Assembly: GCF_018350175.1 (NCBI RefSeq)
Contig: NC_058373.1
Coordinates: 114,640,001 to 114,704,000 of the forward strand
Direction: 5' to 3'
DNA length: 64,000 nt
DNA from: Felis catus
Taxonomy: Eukaryota
Each line of letters begins with the position of its first letter. Positions within the stretch are counted from its first letter, which is position 1. Made by a program: the position numbers and the translations under genes. The notes below the pieces were generated by a model, which was given only the letters and a program-made list of their open reading frames with translations, was not told the DNA's origin and searched no databases. Below, in pieces: positions 1 through 14,000 of this stretch.

Positions 1-1979
1 TTTTCAGTCTTTGTGAACAGGAGAGTGGAGAAGAAAAGGATGCCCTTGCTTTTGGCTCACACTCAGGACTGCTCTCCACTAGTTCTCTCAGCATTTGGTA
101 TGCCCTGCAAAGCATACAGTAGGCATGCGTTAAGTGCTGATGGCTTGTCTTATTAAGGCATATAAGCAAGGCAGTTTCCCCATATTAGCCTGCCTTAGTA
201 TCTTCTGTTCAACTGGCAGGCAGGCATGCATAGAGTGAGTGAGCTCGGCCTCATCCATATTTTGTTTAAATCAAAGAGGCCATAGATTAAAGTAGGAATT
301 TCCCCTCAGACTTTTTGTCATCTGAGCATTCAAAGCTAGAACCCACAGGCTGCATCTACCTCATATACTATGCTTGGCTTGCCGAACACTGCTGAATGTT
401 TTTAAAGTTACAAATTCATTGCCAACATTTAAATAGAGAGGTTACATATAAAAATGAGGTGTTCTAAATATCCCTGAAGCCGGGTTTAAGAGTAGGGCTC
501 AAAACAGGAGGAGTTGAGAGCCTGTATAAAGAGGCAGTTATACCATTATGCTCCCCTCTGAGCACACATGGCCAGGAAACTGCCCATTCCCCACACAGGC
601 AGAGACCTCGGGGTGGGATTAAATACAAATCTGTGGGATAGATCTGTGAGAGCCATAGCTCTATTCTCCTACTTGGCTCTTAGAATCATGGCTTAACTAC
701 CAAGCAAATACCACTAGCTCAAAGATTCCCATTCGGGGAAAGTAGCTGGTTTCAAGAGCAGAAAGTCAATAGAGAATGTCCAATATTGAAAATTCAAAGA
801 TATCAGGAGTTACAGGAAAAGAAAGGAACTGTTGTGTTTAAAAAAAAAAAAAGAAAAAAGTTTTGTAATATTATTTGACTTAAAAATATGTACCTGTATT
901 ATTTTGATAAAAAGAAGTACTTATAAAAATAGTGAAAGTTATGAAGAAAGAATAAAAAGAATAGAAAGGAAAAGGAAAGATATATGAACAAGGGAAAAGA
1001 AAAGAATGTGGGTGGGTTGTCAGAAGAGTGGCAGGAAGGCTGCATTCGCTAAATGAGCCAAGGTTCACAAAAAATAATGCACAAAGGTGCTTACACACAA
1101 AGCAAGACAATGATCAAAGGGGCAGACTTATTGTGATAGACTAATGTTGAAGGGCAATACAGAGAAAACAAACCCCTCCGTTACCAGTTAGCGAATCCAA
1201 CAAGAAAGGTAATCATAACGTCCTATTCTTCACTTGTGTACAAAGAAACCCAAGCATCAAGTAAAGGATGGGAATCCAGGGCCAACCACAGCCCATGTGG
1301 AAACCACAGAGTTCCTAGCCAACTCTAAGTATGAGCAGATCACGGGTTCTGGGGCCTCCAAAAACAGCTTGAGTGATCCCGAGTGTATTTCCTGAAACAC
1401 CTGGTAGCACACTAAATATCAAGGAGCCAAGATTTTCTCTGGTCAGACTTCATCTGTTGAGCTTATTCAGTGAACCCTTAAACAGAGGTAGAACAAATCC
1501 AGAGGCGAGAAATCAGTATAGCAAAGAAAACAAACATCATCTCTTTGAAGAACTGCTAAACTAAACATGGGGGGTGCTATCTCTGGAGAAGATCTAGAAG
1601 AGGACATGAGTGCTACCTTCAAATGAGTAAAAAGCTATGAAGAGGAAGAAGGGCCATTCTCATTAAGCCAGCACTCAAGAAACTACCAGGAAACAGAGTA
1701 AGACTTATGGAAGAACTTTCTAGTCACTGGCATTACCCTGGGGGAACAAGCACTTTATCATGATGGATATCCTGGCAGAGGTTTTAAGTTATTCCTCAAT
1801 AAAAGTGTACTTAAATATATGTAAGTTATAAGTCAAGAAAAAATGATTGTGGGGTTGGGTATGTGAACAGAAAATTTTATAGACCACTGATCTGGCCAAA
1901 TATCCATGCAGTGTTCATGGGATGAATGCTGGGATCTCATGTTTTCATCTTTATTTAGTTGAGAAAATTGTATTTCTAT

Positions 1980-3470
1980 TGTGATTTATTCTTTGATTCG
2001 TATTAATTAATTTTTCTTTTTTTCTTGAGGAATTAAAAAAATATCTAGAAAATAGCACAAAAAGTGGAGATTCATAAAGTTGAACACCCTTATAACCAAC
2101 ATCCAGGTCAAAACTTGGAATATTTTCTGGCCATTTTCATGCCCCATGTGCCTCATTCCAATTATAACCCTTTCCCACCCCCTTAATCAACTATTATCCT
2201 GATTGCTATATTAATCACCTCTCTGCATTGTTAATAATTTTATGCATCCAAGTGTACATTTCTAAAACTTCAGTTTTGCCTGGTTTTTGTTTTATTTAAT
2301 ATGTCTTTTACATTTCTTAAACAATAGGTTTCCTCCTGTCCATCCGCTCTTTTTCTCATTAGAATGTATTTATTGGAGAAAACAGGCCATTTGACCTATC
2401 GTTTCTGACAGTCTGGGTTTTGTGGATGGTATCCTCACACCATAGCACGATTTGCTCCTCTGTCCTCTGTGCTTCCTGCAAACTGAAAGCTGGATCCTGA
2501 GGTTTTATTCAGAGTTGTTTTATTTGGCAAGCCTATTAGTAGTATTGTACTCTTTTATCAGGAGGCACACAATGTCTAATTGCTTTTCTTTTTATGATGT
2601 TGGCACCTGTCAATGCTCAGTATTTAGATGCATTAATTCATTGAAGCCTGTAAGTGATTACATTAAAATTCTATAATTTCTTTGCAAACATGTCTTTATT
2701 AAACCTACATTTTTCGTAGATATTTTCCCTGGATATAGAATTCTGGGTTGGCAGATTTTAATTCTCTAAGCACTTTAGAGATGTCATTCTATTATATTAT
2801 GACTTCCATAATTTGGCCATCACTCTTATTGTTGCTCATTTATAAGTGATTTGTACATTTTCTTAGGTTGCTTTTGGTTTCTCATCATCTTTTGTTTTCA
2901 AGAGTTTGACTTATGATGTGCCTAAGTGTGTTGTATTTATCCTGTTTGTGATTACTGAGTTTCTTGAATCTGAGAATTAGTATATTTCATTTGTTTGGGG
3001 AAATTCTTTTAGCTATTACCTCTTCATATATTGTTTCTGCTTCATTTTCTCTCTTATATTTCTGGGACTTCAATTTCATATATGCTAGATCATCTGTGTT
3101 CCACTTGTCTCTTACACTGTTCTGCTCTTTCCATTCTCTGTTCTCACTGACCTTTGATATTTTTTATTGACCTGCCTTCTATTCACAAGCCTGTCCACTG
3201 TAGGTTAAATCCACCTAGTGCATTCTTAGTTTTAGATACAGTTTTCAGTTTTAGAATGTCTACATAATTGTTTTCTAAATAGATTCCAATTCTCCATTGA
3301 GATTCTCCATGTTTCTTCTATTTTCTTTATCACACTTATAATATTTAAGGTCTTTATCTGTTAGCTTCAACATATGGATAATTTTGTGGGTTGGCTCCTA
3401 TTATTTTTTCCCTCTTTATTAGTGGCCACATTTTTATGCCTCATAATTTTTTTACTGTATGCTGGACACT
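1980..3470 (-). mobile_element. Ancient degraded L1 (L1M-type) fragments
   Basis: T-rich sequence with typical antisense-L1 phrases such as 'ggatatagaattctgggttggcag' and 'atagattccaattctcc'. Confidence 0.55.
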
Positions 3471-3510
3471 GTGTGTGTGGGGGGGGGGAGGGAGAGACAA
3501 CCATAGAGAC

Positions 3511-3890
3511 TGCTATGGACTGAAATGTCTCCCCCAGATACAAATGTTGAAGCCCTAATTCCCAATGTGACTGTATTTGGATATAAGGCTTTTAAGGAAG
3601 TCATTAAAGTTACATGGAGTCATAAGGGTAGGACTCTACTCCAATAGGACTGGTGTCCTCATAAAAAGGAGGGACACCAGTAATGTGTGTGCACAGAGAA
3701 AAGGCCATGTGAGAACACAGTGAGAAGGTGGTCATTTGCAAGCCAAGAAGAGAAGCCTCAGGAGAAATCAAACTTGCCAGCATCTTGACCTTGGACTTCT
3801 AACCTCCAGAACTGTGAGAGAAAATACATTTCTGCTCTTAAAGTCACCCATTTTGTGGGATTTTGTTATAGCAGCCCAAGAAGACTAACA
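3511..3890 (+). mobile_element. MaLR solo LTR (MLT1A/B-like)
   Basis: Starts TGCTATGGACTGAA and ends ..GACTAACA; internal 'ccatgtgagaacacag' and 'ggacttctaacctccagaactgtgag' typical of MLT1. Confidence 0.8.
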
Positions 3891-4729
3891 GACTAAAGCT
3901 GATTTCCTCCACACCCATTCCACTCTATAGAAAATAAGGTAAGGGGCTGATCATCCTCAATCTAATCAAGAGGAACTAGGTCAGGGCTGGGTTGCTTCTT
4001 TAGTAGAAATAAGTCTACTTCTGGTTTCAGAGGTCTCAAAGGCAAGACCTGGAGGGTATATGTGGCAGGATGCCTTCCTCTAATTGGAGTCTGTGTCCTA
4101 AGCACCAGAAGATTGCACGATCTCATTCAGCCTTTCTGGTCCAGCCTCATTCTCAAGTGTAAGCCTCCTGGGCTTTTAATGGGGAGTCTGACAAGTCTCT
4201 GTTGTCCGCTGTTCTGAATGTTCTGTCCTTTGGAGATTTTAAGCTTAGCTCTTTATCCTCCTTTCCTGTGCAGGTTCACAATCTGGCAAATGCCCAGTGG
4301 AGCAGGCCCCTCCCACTAGGGATCTTTTGCCTCCAAAATGCTGTGTTAAGGTGGGAACTGAATTTGGCCTCTCCAGCCCAGCCCCCTAGCTCCCAGGACA
4401 ACCCCAGCACTCAGCAAAAGTCCTACGGGGAAGAATGGCCATGGGTTTGAGGCACTCCTAGATTGTACTCTGTCATATCAACCCATGTGGTCATTGCAAA
4501 TTCTGATTTCTTCTGACCCCCAGCAGCCTGCCTGAGGCAGCCCAATCTGCAGCCTCCGCCCAGATGTGCCTAGGAAAGACAAAGGTCAGCACTTTCTGCT
4601 CGGCTAGGAAGGGCTCTTCCTTCTCCAGAATTTGAGTTCTTCTAGCACGCTTTGTTGTCGCAGCTCTCTGACACCTTTATGGCAGGAGCTACCTACTGCT
4701 TCCTCTGCTGGATCTAGTCCTACAAATCC

Positions 4730-4944
4730 TTTTTTAAAAACAAATGTTTGTTCATTTTTAAGAGAGAGAAAGAGAGTGTGCGTGCATGTGCGAGCAGGGG
4801 AGGGGCAGGGAGGTTGGGGGTACAGATGATCCGAAGTGGGCTCTGACAGCAGAGAGCCTGATGCAGGGCTCCAATTCACGAAATGAGAAATCATGACCTG
4901 ACCCGAAGTTGGACGCTTACCCGACTGAGCCACCCAGGTGTCCC
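4730..4944 (-). mobile_element. Can-SINE (tRNA-derived)
   Basis: Reverse-complement head, (GA)n tract and T tail. Confidence 0.9.
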
Positions 4945-5412
4945 ATAAGTCCTTTTTTAATAGAAAATTTACATTATTCTTTTTTCCTCCTTGAAATAAT
5001 ATTGCCACATTACCTACACCCCCCCCCCATTTCAGCCTAATATATTTTTGCAACTTGGAGGTTTATATACCTCACAGCAATACACAATGTTCTAGGGTTC
5101 AAATGGTCAGAAATTTATGGAGTAAATTTCTGAAAGGTTTTCTGGGTGTTTTGTTTTGTTTTCTAAAGTAGAAGGGAAAGGGGGAAGTGGGGAAGGAGAA
5201 TGGGTACTTTCTTAGGAATACTGATTTTACGAAAGAATACACATGGAATTTGAGAATTTAGAACTGAATTCTTTTAAAGCAGCTGTGCCTATAAAAATAC
5301 TTGGAAAGTCTAGGTATCCATATCCTGGTTTTAATATTGGAATCCTAAATCAGCTATCAGGTCCCTGCCAACTCCAAGACTGGATAGGTATCTATACTTA
5401 AAAAGTCAGCTT

Positions 5413-5611
5413 GGGGTGCCTGGGTGGCTTGGTCGGTTGAGTGTCCGACTCTTGATTTTGGATCAAGTCATGATCCTAGAACTGTGGGATTGAGCCCTAC
5501 GTCAGACTCCACGCCAAGTGAAAGCCTGCTTAGGATTCTCTCTTGCTCCTTCTGCCTCTCCCCTACTTGTGTGTGCTCACACACTCTCTCTCTCTCTCCC
5601 TCTAAAAAAAC
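5413..5611 (+). mobile_element. Can-SINE
   Basis: GGGGTGCCTGGGTGGCT head, (CT)n tract, A tail; TSD AAAAGTCAGC. Confidence 0.9.
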
Positions 5612-6961
5612 AAAAGTCAGCCTAATTGTGGCCCATACCCTAAATCAGTGCAAAAATTAGCTAGGAGAGGAAAAAAACCTAGACTACCATTGTTAAATCT
5701 TCTCTGTTCTCTCTTTATACAAACATGAAAAAGATTCCAGAGAACAGTACCACAGGAAGGGGGTTGTCCACTTTCTATTTTAAAAGTCACATTGACTTAA
5801 TAATTAAGAGCTTTTTTAGATCAGGTAAAAGATAAAATTAGGCCCAAAGATTATTTCTCAGCTAATCAATCTAGAAGATTAGGGGGGTAGGAGACCTACT
5901 ACAGAACTACCTCTAGAGCTAGAATACCGCTTTGGTTCAGATAGACTGCTGCTGTCCCATCTGGTCGTGCTTCACAGGTAAGCTGCTTCCCTCATGCTTT
6001 CCAAATTCCAGAAGGGAAAAAAGGCCTTTTGCAACTTGTTTAGTAACCAGACCACAGTAACAGAATAGTTACATCAAAAGTAGGCTTCAACAAGTTTTGA
6101 AAGGCAGATACTTGGTAACAATATTGTTAATTTAGTAATGGGCAAGCCAACAACTTCCCTAAACTCTGAGCACTAGACAAATTTTATGTACTACACTTGG
6201 CTTAGTCTCCTATTACTTTCCTAATGGCCATTTTCCAGTTTGATGCCATGTATCACTGGAGCAGATGGCTATATTGAGCTGTCCTTGAGAATAAAAAATA
6301 GACATTTTCCTACCAGTAGGAAGCAACCAGTGTAAGACTCAACTGAGCCGAGGACACTATTATCAAGAATGAAGAACAATCCATGCTGTTTGAAAGCACA
6401 GATGGCCTAGATCCAAATTTATGGAAAGCTGCAGGTGTTTTTCAGAATACATCTAGAGAAAATGCAGAAATATTTCTTCCTAATTTCTTTGATATCTGTG
6501 GTCAGCCAAATCCAGGGAGTGAGCCTATCCATCAACAAAGAAAGTTTCCCTTTACTTGACATCACCAGGGAGGCCAAAGGAAAGGAAGAGGCCCTAACAA
6601 CTCTTTGTACATAACAAACAGGAATGTGCAGATGGATAATTAAGAAAAAGCATGTAAAAGCAAGATAAAAATATTACAGGTGTGAAAATGGACATAATGG
6701 AAATCTATGAAGTCTAAAGAAAAGTTCTTAGGAGGAAAAAAATCTGAGCATCACTATGTCAGTAAGGATCTGTATGAAGGTTAGAGTGAAATCTGGCTTC
6801 TAATTTTTATGCTAGTTTCCTTTGGTTGCTTTTCTGATAAGCTTATTCTCTTAAAAGAGAAATATCATCCTCTATTGCTACAGATCAGTCCTTTCAGGGT
6901 ACAGCATGCCAAAGGTCAGTAGAGCCAACACTAAGTAGGTTCACACTAAGGATATACTCAC

Positions 6962-7028
6962 CTGCTTCTGGATCTGCAGGAATTCTCCACATATACAGGT
7001 TAAAGTCATCAGAGCCTGAAAGGATATA
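6962..7028 (-). CDS. DCAF5: DCAF5 coding exon (probable exon 7, 67 nt): YILSGSDDFNLYMWRIPADPEA(G)
   Basis: Acceptor tttttatcccaaCAG|TAT, donor CAG|GTGAGT. Phase 0 start matches the end of exon 6; WD40 signature SGSDD...W. Confidence 0.95.
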
Positions 7029-7104
7029 CTGTTGGGATAAAAAATATATATATTTATTATTTACATATTGATATACATCTACCTATGTGTACAAAGATTC
7101 TTTT

Positions 7105-7588
7105 TACTTTATTTTTTAAGTTTATTTATTTATTTTGAGAGAGAGAGGGTAGGAGCCGGGGAGATGCAGCGAGAGAGAGGAAGAGAGAGAATCCCAAGCA
7201 GCTCCATGATAATGTGGGGCTCGGTATCACAAACCATGAGATTATGACCTGAACCGAGATCAAGAGTTGGATGCTCAACCGACTGAGCCGCCCAAGTGAG
7301 ATTTTTTTAAATAAATAAGACAAATGGGCATATATTCATAAGGCATCATGCAACAAATACCCTCTTTAAAGTGTCTGCCAATAAGGGGCACCTGGGTGGC
7401 TCAGCCAGTTAATCATCCAACTTCGGCTCAGGTCATGAACTTCCTGTTCATAGGTTTGTGCCCTGCGTCAGGTCAGCTGTGCTGACAGCTCAGAGCCTGG
7501 AGCTTGCTTCAGATTCTGTGTCTCCCTCTCTGTTCCTCCCCTGCTCGTTAGCTCTCTTTCTCAAAGATAAATAAAGATTAAAAAAAAA
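7105..7588. mobile_element. Two Can-SINEs head-to-head: ~7105-7297(-) and ~7384-7588(+), starting ~80 nt from the exon 7 acceptor
   Basis: SINE heads, CT/GA tracts and tails visible. Confidence 0.88.
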
Positions 7589-7599
7589 GTATTTGCCAA

Positions 7600-8477
7600 T
7601 TAAAAGGCTCATTGGATAAAATTCAGCCACAACCAAACAACCTAATTCAAAAATGGGTAAAGGACTGGAACAGACATTTCTTCAAAGAAAACATATAAAT
7701 GCCTAAGAAGCACATGAAAAGATGCTCAGCATCACTAATCATTAGGGAAATGAAAAGCAAAACCACAGTGAGATACCACTTCACAGTCATTGGGATGGCT
7801 ATTACCAAAACCCCCCAGAAAACAAGTGTTGGGCAAGGATGTGGTGAAATTGAAAACCTATGCACTGCTAGTGGGAATAAATGGTGCAGCCACTATGGAA
7901 CACCATATGGAGGTTTCTCAAAAAGTTAATCATAGAACTGCCATATGACTTAGCAGTTCCACTCCTAGGTATATATCAAAGAACTGAAAGCAGGAACTTG
8001 AGCTATCTGTACACCAATGTTCACAGAAGAATGTTTATGATAGTCAAAATGTGGAAAAGATCTAAATGTCCATCAATGGATGAATGGATGAATAAAATGT
8101 GGTATATACATTCAACGGACTATTATTCAGCCTTGAAAAGAAAATCCTGATACATGCTACAACATGGATGAATCTTGAAGGCATTACGCTAAGTGAAATA
8201 AGCCAGGTACAAGAAGACAAATATTGTATAGTTCAACTTATGAGGTACCTAGAGTAGTCAAAGTCATAGAGACAGAATGTAGAATGGTAGTTGCCAAGGA
8301 ATGGGGGGGAAGGGAGGAATGGGGAGCTACTGTTAAACGGGTATGGAGTTTCAGTTTGGAATGAACAAGTTCTAGAAATGGACAGTGGTGATGGTACACA
8401 CCAATGTGAATGTAGTTAATGCCACAGAATTGCACACTTAAAAATGATTACAATGGAAAGTTTTATGTTATGTGCAT
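7600..8477 (+). mobile_element. L1 3' fragment (L1MB-like ORF2 end plus 3'UTR); its terminus resumes at ~9410-9448
   Basis: ORF-track peptides 'HMKRCSASLIIREM..TTVRYH' and 'VQPLWNTIWRFLKKL..ELPYD..PLLGIY' are L1 ORF2 C-terminal motifs, here frameshifted. Confidence 0.9.
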
Positions 8478-8494
8478 ATGTATGTGTGTGTGTA

Positions 8495-8525
<31 letters not shown>
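8476..8525 (+). repeat. Compound (TG)n(TA)n microsatellite; also (CA)n at ~9183-9205 and (TA)n at ~12654-12676
   Basis: Seen directly. Confidence 0.9.
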
Positions 8526-8529
8526 TTAT

Positions 8530-9409
8530 TTAAAATTTTTATTATGAAGCATAGTTGACATACAATGTTATATTAGTTTCAGGTGTACAACATAGTGACT
8601 TGACAATTCTACACATTACTCAATGCTCACCATGATAAGTGTAGTTACCATCTGTCAGCATATGCCATCAAAATATTATTGACTATATTCCCCATGCCAT
8701 ACTTTTCATCTCCATGACTGAACTTATTTTTTTTAATTATTTTTTTAATGTTTATTTATTTTTGAGAGATACAGAGACAGAGTGTGTGGGGGGGAAGGAC
8801 AGAGAGAAAGGGAGAGAGAATCCGGAGCAGACGGGCTCTGAGCAAGCTGTCAGCACAGAGCCTGACATGGGGCTTGAACCCACAAACTGCGAGATCATGA
8901 CCTGAGCTGAAGTCAGACGCCTAACCTGATGCCTGAGCCACCCAGGCACCCTTTAACTTATTTTAAAACTGGAAATTTGTGCCTCTCCCTGGAAACCACC
9001 AGTTTGTTTTCTGTATTTATGGGTCTGTTTCTGGTTTTTATTTTTGTTTTTATATTACACATATAAGTGAAATCATATGGTATTTGCCTCTGACTTATTT
9101 CACTTAACATAATACCCTTTAAGACTATCCACATTGTTGCAAGTGGCAAGATCTCATTCTTTTTTATGACTAATATTCCATTACACACACACACACACAC
9201 ACACACTTTCTTAATCTATTCATCTATCAATGTATACTTGGGTTGCTTCCGTAGCTTGGCTATTGTAAATATTGCTGCAATAAACATAGGGGTGCATATA
9301 TCTTTTCATTTTCCTTGAGCAAACACTAAGTAGTGGAATTACTGTATCATATGGTAATTCTATTTTTAATTTTTCAAAGAGCCTCCATATAATTTCCATA
9401 GTGATTGCT
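8530..9409 (-). mobile_element. Carnivore-type L1 3' fragment nested in the older L1, itself interrupted by a Can-SINE (~8730-8951, minus)
   Basis: Antisense L1 3'UTR; ORF 8958..9206 'KKNEILPLATMWIVLKGIMLSEISQ'. SINE TSD AACTTATTTT. Confidence 0.85.
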
Positions 9410-10113
9410 ATGTTATATGTATTTTTATCAGAATTAAAAAAAAAAAAACCCTTTTAATGCAGAAAAAAAATTAGGAGCTTCCCAGAGATCTTTTTTTGCA
9501 ATGGTAAGCATCCTAAACTTCCCTGCTGTCAACTGACATCTTTGAACAGGAAGCCATTGCCAACCCAGCCATGAATTAGTGCCAGGGGCATAAGCAATCC
9601 CCTTTTATGTGGCAGCTCCAAATTACTTCATCTCAGATAGGACACTGAACCAGATTGATTCTAATTAGGACTTATAAAAGCATTGTCTAACATTGCCTAA
9701 CAGGAACAAGTCAGCAAATCTGACTGCTCATTTACTTGCAAAGATGAACAAAAGTATATTACTTTAAGTTGAAGTCAGCATTACTTCTTGCCTTTTGGTC
9801 TCATCTCCTTATCTCCCCAGAAAAAGAAAGGCCTATAGTTTTCTAAAGAAAACTTCTTACTTAAAAATGACAGTGTGAACAATTCCAAAAACTGTTAAGT
9901 TCAAATTACACACAACCTCATGCCTAATGTAAATACTTTACAATAATTAAAAATCAATTCAGCAGTCTTCAAAATACCTGTAGGAATATGAGAAAGGAGG
10001 CAAAGAAAGGCATGTTTAAAGATAAAACAAATGCTACCCACAGGGGCTAGGTCATGTAGCCCAGGGCACAGTGGAAAAAGAAATGGGTCCAGTTTCCTCA
10101 TCTGGTTGCTCTC

Positions 10114-10480
10114 TGTTATTGTCTGAATGTTAATGTTCCCCCACCAAATTCACATGTTGAAATCCTAATGCCCAATGTAATGGTATCAGGAGGTGGGGCC
10201 TTTGGGAAGTGATTAGATCATGAGGGTAGACCCTTCATGAACAGAATTAGCACTCTTAATAGAGACCCAACATATGTCTCAAGCTGCCTTCCACTATGTG
10301 AGGACACACAGAGAAGTCCACAGTCTGCAACCCAGAAGAGGGCCTTCACCAGAACCCTTGCTGGTCTTGGACCCTGATCTTGGACTTTGAGCTTCCAGAA
10401 CTGTGAGAAAGAAATTCCTGTCTTTTATAAGCCACCCAGTCTGTGCTGTTTTCTTATAGCAGCCATAACAGACTAAGACA
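10114..10480 (+). mobile_element. MaLR solo LTR (MLT1A-like) with intact TG...CA ends and 5-bp TSD CTCTC
   Basis: CTCTC|TGTTATTGTCTGAATG ... GACTAAGACA|CTCTC seen directly. Confidence 0.85.
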
Positions 10481-10669
10481 CTCTCTGAAGCTCATTTAAT
10501 TCTAAGATTCTATTATTACTCTGGAAGGAATGGTAGAAATCAGATCAGAGCTAAAAGTCCCTAAGCTGCTGGCTTATGGTTACTTGACAAGTCATTACAG
10601 AAATATGCTCAAGACAAGGACACTCAAAGACTAATCTTATAAGACTTCAATTAAAAAGTTTCCTTAACA

Positions 10670-11715
10670 ACATTAAAAAACAACTTGATTTTAAAAATGG
10701 GCAAAGGACTTGAATAGACATTTCTCCAAAAGAAAAAAATATATAATGGTCATATACAAATGGCCAATAAACACATGAAAAGATACTCAACATCACTAAT
10801 CATTAGGGAAAATGCATATTGAAACCAAATAAGATACTGCCTTACACTCATTAGGATAGCTAATACAAAAAAAAAAATAGCTAAGCAAAATTAGTCAGAG
10901 AAAGACAAATATCATATGGCTTCACTCATATGAGGACACAGAACAGATGAACATAAGGGAAGGGAAGCAAAAATAATGTAAAAACAGGGAGGGGGACAAA
11001 ACATAACAGACTCTTAAATATGGAGAACAAACAGAGGGTTACTGGAGTGGTTGTGGGAGGGGGAATGGGCTAAATGGGTAGGGGGCATTATAGGGAATCT
11101 ACTCCTGAAATCATTGTTGCACTATATGCTAACGAATTTGGATATAAATTAAAAAAATAAAATAAAATAAAAACAGCAAGTAGTTCCTCAAAAAATTCAA
11201 ACATGATTAAAATTACTGCACGATCCAGCAATTCCACTTCTGGGAAAATATCCAAAGAATTCAAAAGAGGATCTCTAAGAGATATTTGTACACCTGTGTT
11301 CACAGCAGCATTATCACATTAGCCAAGAGGTGGAAGCAACCCAAGTGTCCATCAATGTATAAAAAATGTGGTTAATACATACAATGGAACATTATTCAAT
11401 CTCAAAAAGGAAGGAAATTCTGACTTGTGCTGTAACATGGATGAATCTTGAACTTGCTAAGTGAAATAAGCCAATCACAAAAACATAAATACTGTATGAT
11501 TCCACTTATGAGGTGCCCAGGGTAGTCGGATTCATTGAGACAGAAAGTAGAATGGTAGTTTCCAAGGACTGGAGGGAAGGAGGAGTGGGGAGCTGCTGCT
11601 GTTAAATGGGTATGGAATTTCAGTTTGGGAAGATAAAAAACTTCTGGAGATGGATGGTGGAGATGGTTACACAATGATGTGAATATACTTAATGCTACTA
11701 AAGTATACACTTTTA
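10670..11715 (+). mobile_element. Older L1 3' fragment interrupted by a younger felid-type L1 3' end (~10880-11170)
   Basis: 'aaatgggcaaaggacttgaatagacatttctcc' and later L1 motifs. The insert ends 'gaaatcattgttgcactatatgctaac...aaataaaataaa'. Confidence 0.85.
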
Positions 11716-12189
11716 AAAAGTTTCCTTAAAACAAGAAAAAAGTGAATCCTTGTTGCCCTGACTTTAGGATTCATCCAGTAACTAACTCCCTGTAGTTTAT
11801 AACATTTTCCTTGTTAAAATTAGGAAGCGGGAATTCAGTAGCCCAAGGGCTTTCCTCTCAAGCCTGTTTGCAAAACTACCTACTAGTTAGAGGTAAAGAT
11901 TCATTGATTACACACTAACGAAGCATTTCTGTGCCAGATACTCTGGGGCTTACAAAGATATGTAAGGTAATACCTGGGTTCCCAAGGAGCTTAAATGAGG
12001 TAGAAAACATACATGTAGGTACATGACTACCATTCCATGAAGTAGAAATCACTAGGTGCCATTATGAGAAATAAGATGACTGGTGATTCACAAGAGGCAA
12101 AGCAAGATAGATTTGAGCACTGAGCTGGCCTTGGGTAAAGATGTGAAAAGGTGAAAGGAAGGAGCAAAGGTAAAGTAATGGGTGCTGTT

Positions 12190-12596
12190 TCAGCAGTAAC
12201 AGGAAGTATGGCATAGCTCAATCCTTGATGCCCTGCTCATATCCCTCAGGCCTTATTGCTGCATGTACTCTACCTGATCTCCAACCGGTTATCTAAGCCA
12301 AAGCCTAGGAGGCTGCAGGTTGTTCTGGTGAATGAACACTTCTCAGAAGCAGCACTCAACCAATGACGGATGGGAGTTGGTGTATCAATATTCCAGCTTC
12401 CTTGTTCCCAGGTGAAATAACTCTGAAATATATGTTCAATACACTCTCCCCTCAGGATCGAACTCCAACTGCCCACAGTTGTAGCTGGCTCGCTAAACCA
12501 CTCGTCCTTTCCCTATCTTCCTTCTCCATTCCTCTACTATTTCCTACATTTCCAAATAAATTATGTGCACCTAAAACTGGAACACAAAATAAGACA
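12190..12596 (+). mobile_element. ERVL-type solo LTR (LTR16-like)
   Basis: 'ctcaaccaatgacggatgggagttggtgtatcaata' and 3' 'ccaaataaattatgtgcacct...aagaca' resemble the LTR16 consensus as recalled. Confidence 0.6.
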
Positions 12597-13324
12597 CATG
12601 CGGAGACAGAACATAAAAGAAATGTCCACTATTTGTGTGTGTGCATGTACATACATATATATATATATATATATATGGCATGAAACTTATCTATTACTCA
12701 ACATCTCATTTCATGCTCTATGTTTAAAAGAGGCTATAAGACTTTATAGACTTCCTGCTCCCTTGCCCCCCCTCCCAACCTTTCTCAAACTAAACAAGCA
12801 ACAAATATTAAGAAAAGGTGAAAAAAAAGTGAGACAAGGCCGGGCTTATCCGAGGTTTACTATTTCATAGTGAAGGATCAGTGCTTGCCTATTTGTTCAG
12901 CTATTCAGCAGGGAAAGTCATGACCAGGTAAAAGGGACTCCCAGACAGAATGCTGACTCAGAAGACTGCCTTAGAAGGAAGAAAACTCCCACAGAGTTAA
13001 GGCCTCTTGGATTTAGTATGACAGCTCCTAAAATATGTAGAAAATGCATACAATGTACAGGCTTCCCCTCAGGGATAAGGGCAACTCCTGACCCTCTCTT
13101 CCTCTTGGAACCATCACAAGGGAACAGCTTGGGATGATTTCCAAGGCGGGGGTCTTGACCCACTGCCGTCTAGTCAGACCGTTTAAGTGTTCACACACTG
13201 GAATCACAAAACTGCCCTGGAATTCATTTATGGCATTTCATGGTTGTCTGCTGGGCCCCTTCCAGCATTAAAAATTGGCTGCCTGGGATACTGCTGACTG
13301 TGGGAGACTGAAATAAAAATGAGT

Positions 13325-14000
13325 TCATCCTTTATTCATTAAACAAATATTTACCCAATGTCTACTATGTGTTGGGCACTGTTCCAAGGAAAGAAATACA
13401 GAATTGGTCAAAAAAGATGCTGTCCCTGCCCTCATGAAGCTTGCATTTTATTGGACGGGGACAGAAAAAATTATATGCATGTGAGAGGACAATGGGTAGA
13501 GGAAAAAAAAGATAAGAATATATTAAAAAAATATATACATATATATTCACATATGTATGTATGTATCTGATGATGGTAAGTGTTATAAAGAAAAATTAGG
13601 GGTGCCTGGGTGGCACCGACTCCAGCTCAGGTCATCTCACAGTTTGTGGGTTCAAGCCCCATGTTGGGCTCTGTGCTGACAACTCAGAGCCTGGAGCCTG
13701 CTTCAGATTCTGTCTCCCTCTCTCTCTTCCCCTTCCCTGCTCATGCTCTGTCTCTCAAAAGTAAGTAAAAAGTTAAAAAAAAATTTTTTTAATAAATAAA
13801 AATCAAGTTATTAAAAAAAAAGAAAGATTAAACAGGAGGTTAGGACATATAGGGAGGGAGTACTGGGAGTTTGTTATTTCTGTTTTATATACAGTGGTCA
13901 CAGAAGGCCTCTCTGATAACATGGCATTTTAAGCAGAGCTCTGAAGGAAGTGAGAGAGCCAAGTTATAGGAGTATCGGGAGAAGAGTACTCCAGGAGAGG
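13325..14000 (-). mobile_element. L2 fragment interrupted by a Can-SINE (~13598-13820, plus)
   Basis: 'ttcattaaacaaatatttacc..tctactatgtg..gggcactgtt' is the antisense L2 3' end. Confidence 0.7.

Noticed and set aside
7699..8150. ORFs resembling L1 ORF2
   Set aside because: Frameshifted, truncated 3' remnants; no intact L1 in the window.
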